Assembly: GCA_010909165.1 (NCBI GenBank)
Contig: MU008175.1
Span: 1,107,370-1,171,369 of the forward strand
DNA: 64,000 bases
From: Anthoceros angustus
Taxonomy: Eukaryota; Plantae; Anthocerotophyta
Reading direction: 5' to 3'
Positions 61,831 to 64,000 of this stretch are shown here, one piece after another. Each line of letters begins with the position of its first letter. Position 1 is the stretch's first letter. The notes under the pieces are model-generated. The model was not told the DNA's origin, did not search any database, and saw only the letters and a list, made by a program, of their open reading frames with translations. Both the position numbers and the translations under genes were made by a program.

Positions 61831-62292
61831 CTGTTGGCGACTTCCGAGGCGATCGCATGTGACCCACTATTATTTTGCAGGTGTGTATGTACATATGCAG
61901 TACGAAGCCAGTCTGCAACATGTACACAATGCTTTCTCAGGTGTACGGCACAGGATGGATATCGAGATGCCGTTTAGGCCCTGATCTGCCGTATCGGATG
62001 GGGATTGGATTGCGTGTAAATGGCTCTTGGAGACGGGAATTATACTTCGTGGATTTGGATGCCAAAGTCATATCGATGAAGTCACGAGCTCGGGATGGGA
62101 AGACCCGAAGTGGAACTCGCTATGAGGTGTGATAGGTCTCGGCTCACCAATGGGGAGTGAGATCCGCTGATATGGCTGGAGAAGCAGAAAAGCCGTCAAA
62201 TGGGTTGCGCAAACACACAGAAAAGGAAAGGTGTTTGTCGGGTGAAATCTGCCTTCTGCTCTTGGTACGCCCTGCAAAGGCAGGCCCAGCCT

Positions 62293-63074
62293 TCAGCTTG
62301 GAACACAAGCATGAAGACGGGGGGAGGGGAGACGGTAGACATAACGGGACTTGTACGTAATAGCTAACCTCTTGGCTCGATATGCACCAAATGACACGGT
62401 GGTGAAACTCATGGCCACAAACGGAAGGCCCGCACGGAGGTAGTGGATCGTGAGCTTCTTAATCAGCCCGGCTGGGAGTCTCCCACCTGTAAAACACGAC
62501 AAAGCTGATGATAACTCGCCTCCAAATGGTTCACACCTCGGGGTTCGAACAACACTGAACGAATACCTTGCAAGGTTCAGTGTCGAAAGGAGTTCCATAC
62601 CACCCTGCTGGGAAAAACGAGCCAGACTTCCAGGCTGCATACGAAAGCACATTGAGCCGCGCCGTCTGTAAGATGAAAACAAGCAGTAGAATGAATCGAA
62701 GAGCTACCTACATACCCTTGTTGAGGCAGGTGTATAATCAGAGCAGACAAGGGAGAGACATGTAGACAGGTGGACGAGAAAAGAGCGAAGGAACAGACCT
62801 CTTCGAAAGCAGTTTCAGCCTCAAGCTTCTTCTTGGGAGGTAAGAGATCCGGGAGACGTTCCACGACTTTCTTCTTGTAGGCTTCCTTCGGCTGTAGGAG
62901 ACAAAAGAAACAGGCCTAGGCCAGTCAGGCACATGTATACAACCCCGGATGCAGCAGCCTCCGGATCCCAACAATCAGCACAGTTTTGCTCTTCTGAGAA
63001 GCTGTACCAGCTGTAGCGTGGGGCCGGGGAGAAGGCCTAGAATGGCTTTAGTTATTATCATCATCCACATGCAT
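62293..63074 (-). pseudogene. Pseudogenised duplicate of the J-domain gene
   Basis: A short insertion after MHVDD (GATGATGATAATAACTAA) causes a frameshift and stop; HPD is changed to LPD (VVERLPDLLPPKKKLEAETAFEE). Confidence 0.88.
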
Positions 63075-64000
63075 CGCTCATTTCAGAGAGGCAATAACCC
63101 TGTGTCCCACCGGCCCAGGGCTTCACAGACTTCCTGTTCGAAAGATGCTCCCCCTCACCAGAATCCGCCTCAAATTTAATGATGCGCCGAGGCACAATTT
63201 CGGATCCCAGCCTCTTCCTCATCCTCCCTGCCAAGCCAAGGACATACCGATCACGACCCAAGGACGTCAGCCATGCTCGGCTACGACAAGTGCAGGAGTC
63301 GTGGCTGCCGCTCAACTCCATCCCTGACGAGCTCCCAGAGCGAGAATCGCAACCCTCCCTTGCTGTGACGTCGTCGGAGGCGAGCGCTCTCCAGTTCGCT
63401 CGCTGGTGACGACGAAGAAGCGAAAGTGTACGGAGAGCCCTAACTACTTGCCGTCGCAGCGGCGGTGTTGGTAGTGCTTGCGGGTGACGAACTGGAGCGG
63501 GCCGAGCGGGAGGCTGAGCTGATGCAAGTTGCAGGTCCAAGTTGCGCGCACGCTCACCAATGTTTTCGGACTCCGACGGCGGACAAATCGTGGCATGCGG
63601 GTGGTTCCAAGCTACTTGGCATTGCCAGTCAAGCATGCGCCAATGGCGAGGCAGCAACAGATACGGGACTCCACCTCACCTGCTCAAGTTCCTGGCGTGG
63701 CACGAAGATCGGTGCTGTGGCCAGTCCGCATGGATGTAGGGACTGGCGGATTAGGGTTTGCCAACCCGGGAGTGTGAACAGATATCGTGACGATTCCATG
63801 AGCCAGTTACGGTGGCCAATCTGCGGCTCCGAAAGAGTTCAACTCCACGTCAAGTGTGGCTGCGAAGGCGGGCCGCGAGGATCGGTGTCGGAGCCTATCC
63901 GGCCATGGCTTCAGATTTGGCAGTGCCGAGGTTTGCCAGTGAGAGCGCCGTGAAAGATCTGAGCACTTGCAAAGCAGGTGGCTTCGATATTTCCATCCCC

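Larger units (their letters stand above)
59205..64000. repeat. ~3.0-kb tandem segmental duplication (copy 1 from ~59205, copy 2 from ~62222 to the window end)
   Basis: Colinear similarity over exons, introns and upstream DNA. J-protein ATGs at 60075 and 63074; gccgtgaaagat...gatatttccatcc at ~61083-61131 and ~63948-63998. Confidence 0.9.

Overview
Gene-dense, intron-containing nuclear DNA from a land plant. The best guess is a hornwort (inference from compact genes, GC-rich first exons, many PLS-class PPR genes and a WW-type PG box). Recognisable genes: LpxB, eEF1-alpha, a secreted Gnk2/DUF26 protein, plant TFIIB-related pBRP1 (unusually long), a 25-aa RPL41 missed by the ORF track, an At2g30600-like BTB protein with two single-base frameshifts, GEX1, a class III peroxidase lacking one canonical disulfide, a METTL18/HPM1-like methyltransferase, and a small J-protein in a ~3-kb tandem duplication whose second copy is pseudogenised. 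Six PLS-type PPR editing-factor genes (five intact, one decayed) lie between ~19.9 and 55.4 kb. All stop after E1-E2 and the PG box, before the DYW deaminase active site. Three decayed CRE-like (RLE-type) non-LTR retrotransposon copies are present. The longest is flanked by ~55-bp direct repeats within a minisatellite and lies ~130 bp from a tRNA-Val-derived element with intact Pol III boxes. I found no clearly new multi-gene system. The strongest leads are the CRE/minisatellite/tRNA-like locus and the deaminase-less PPR cluster. Exon coordinates were read by hand and may be off by a few bases.
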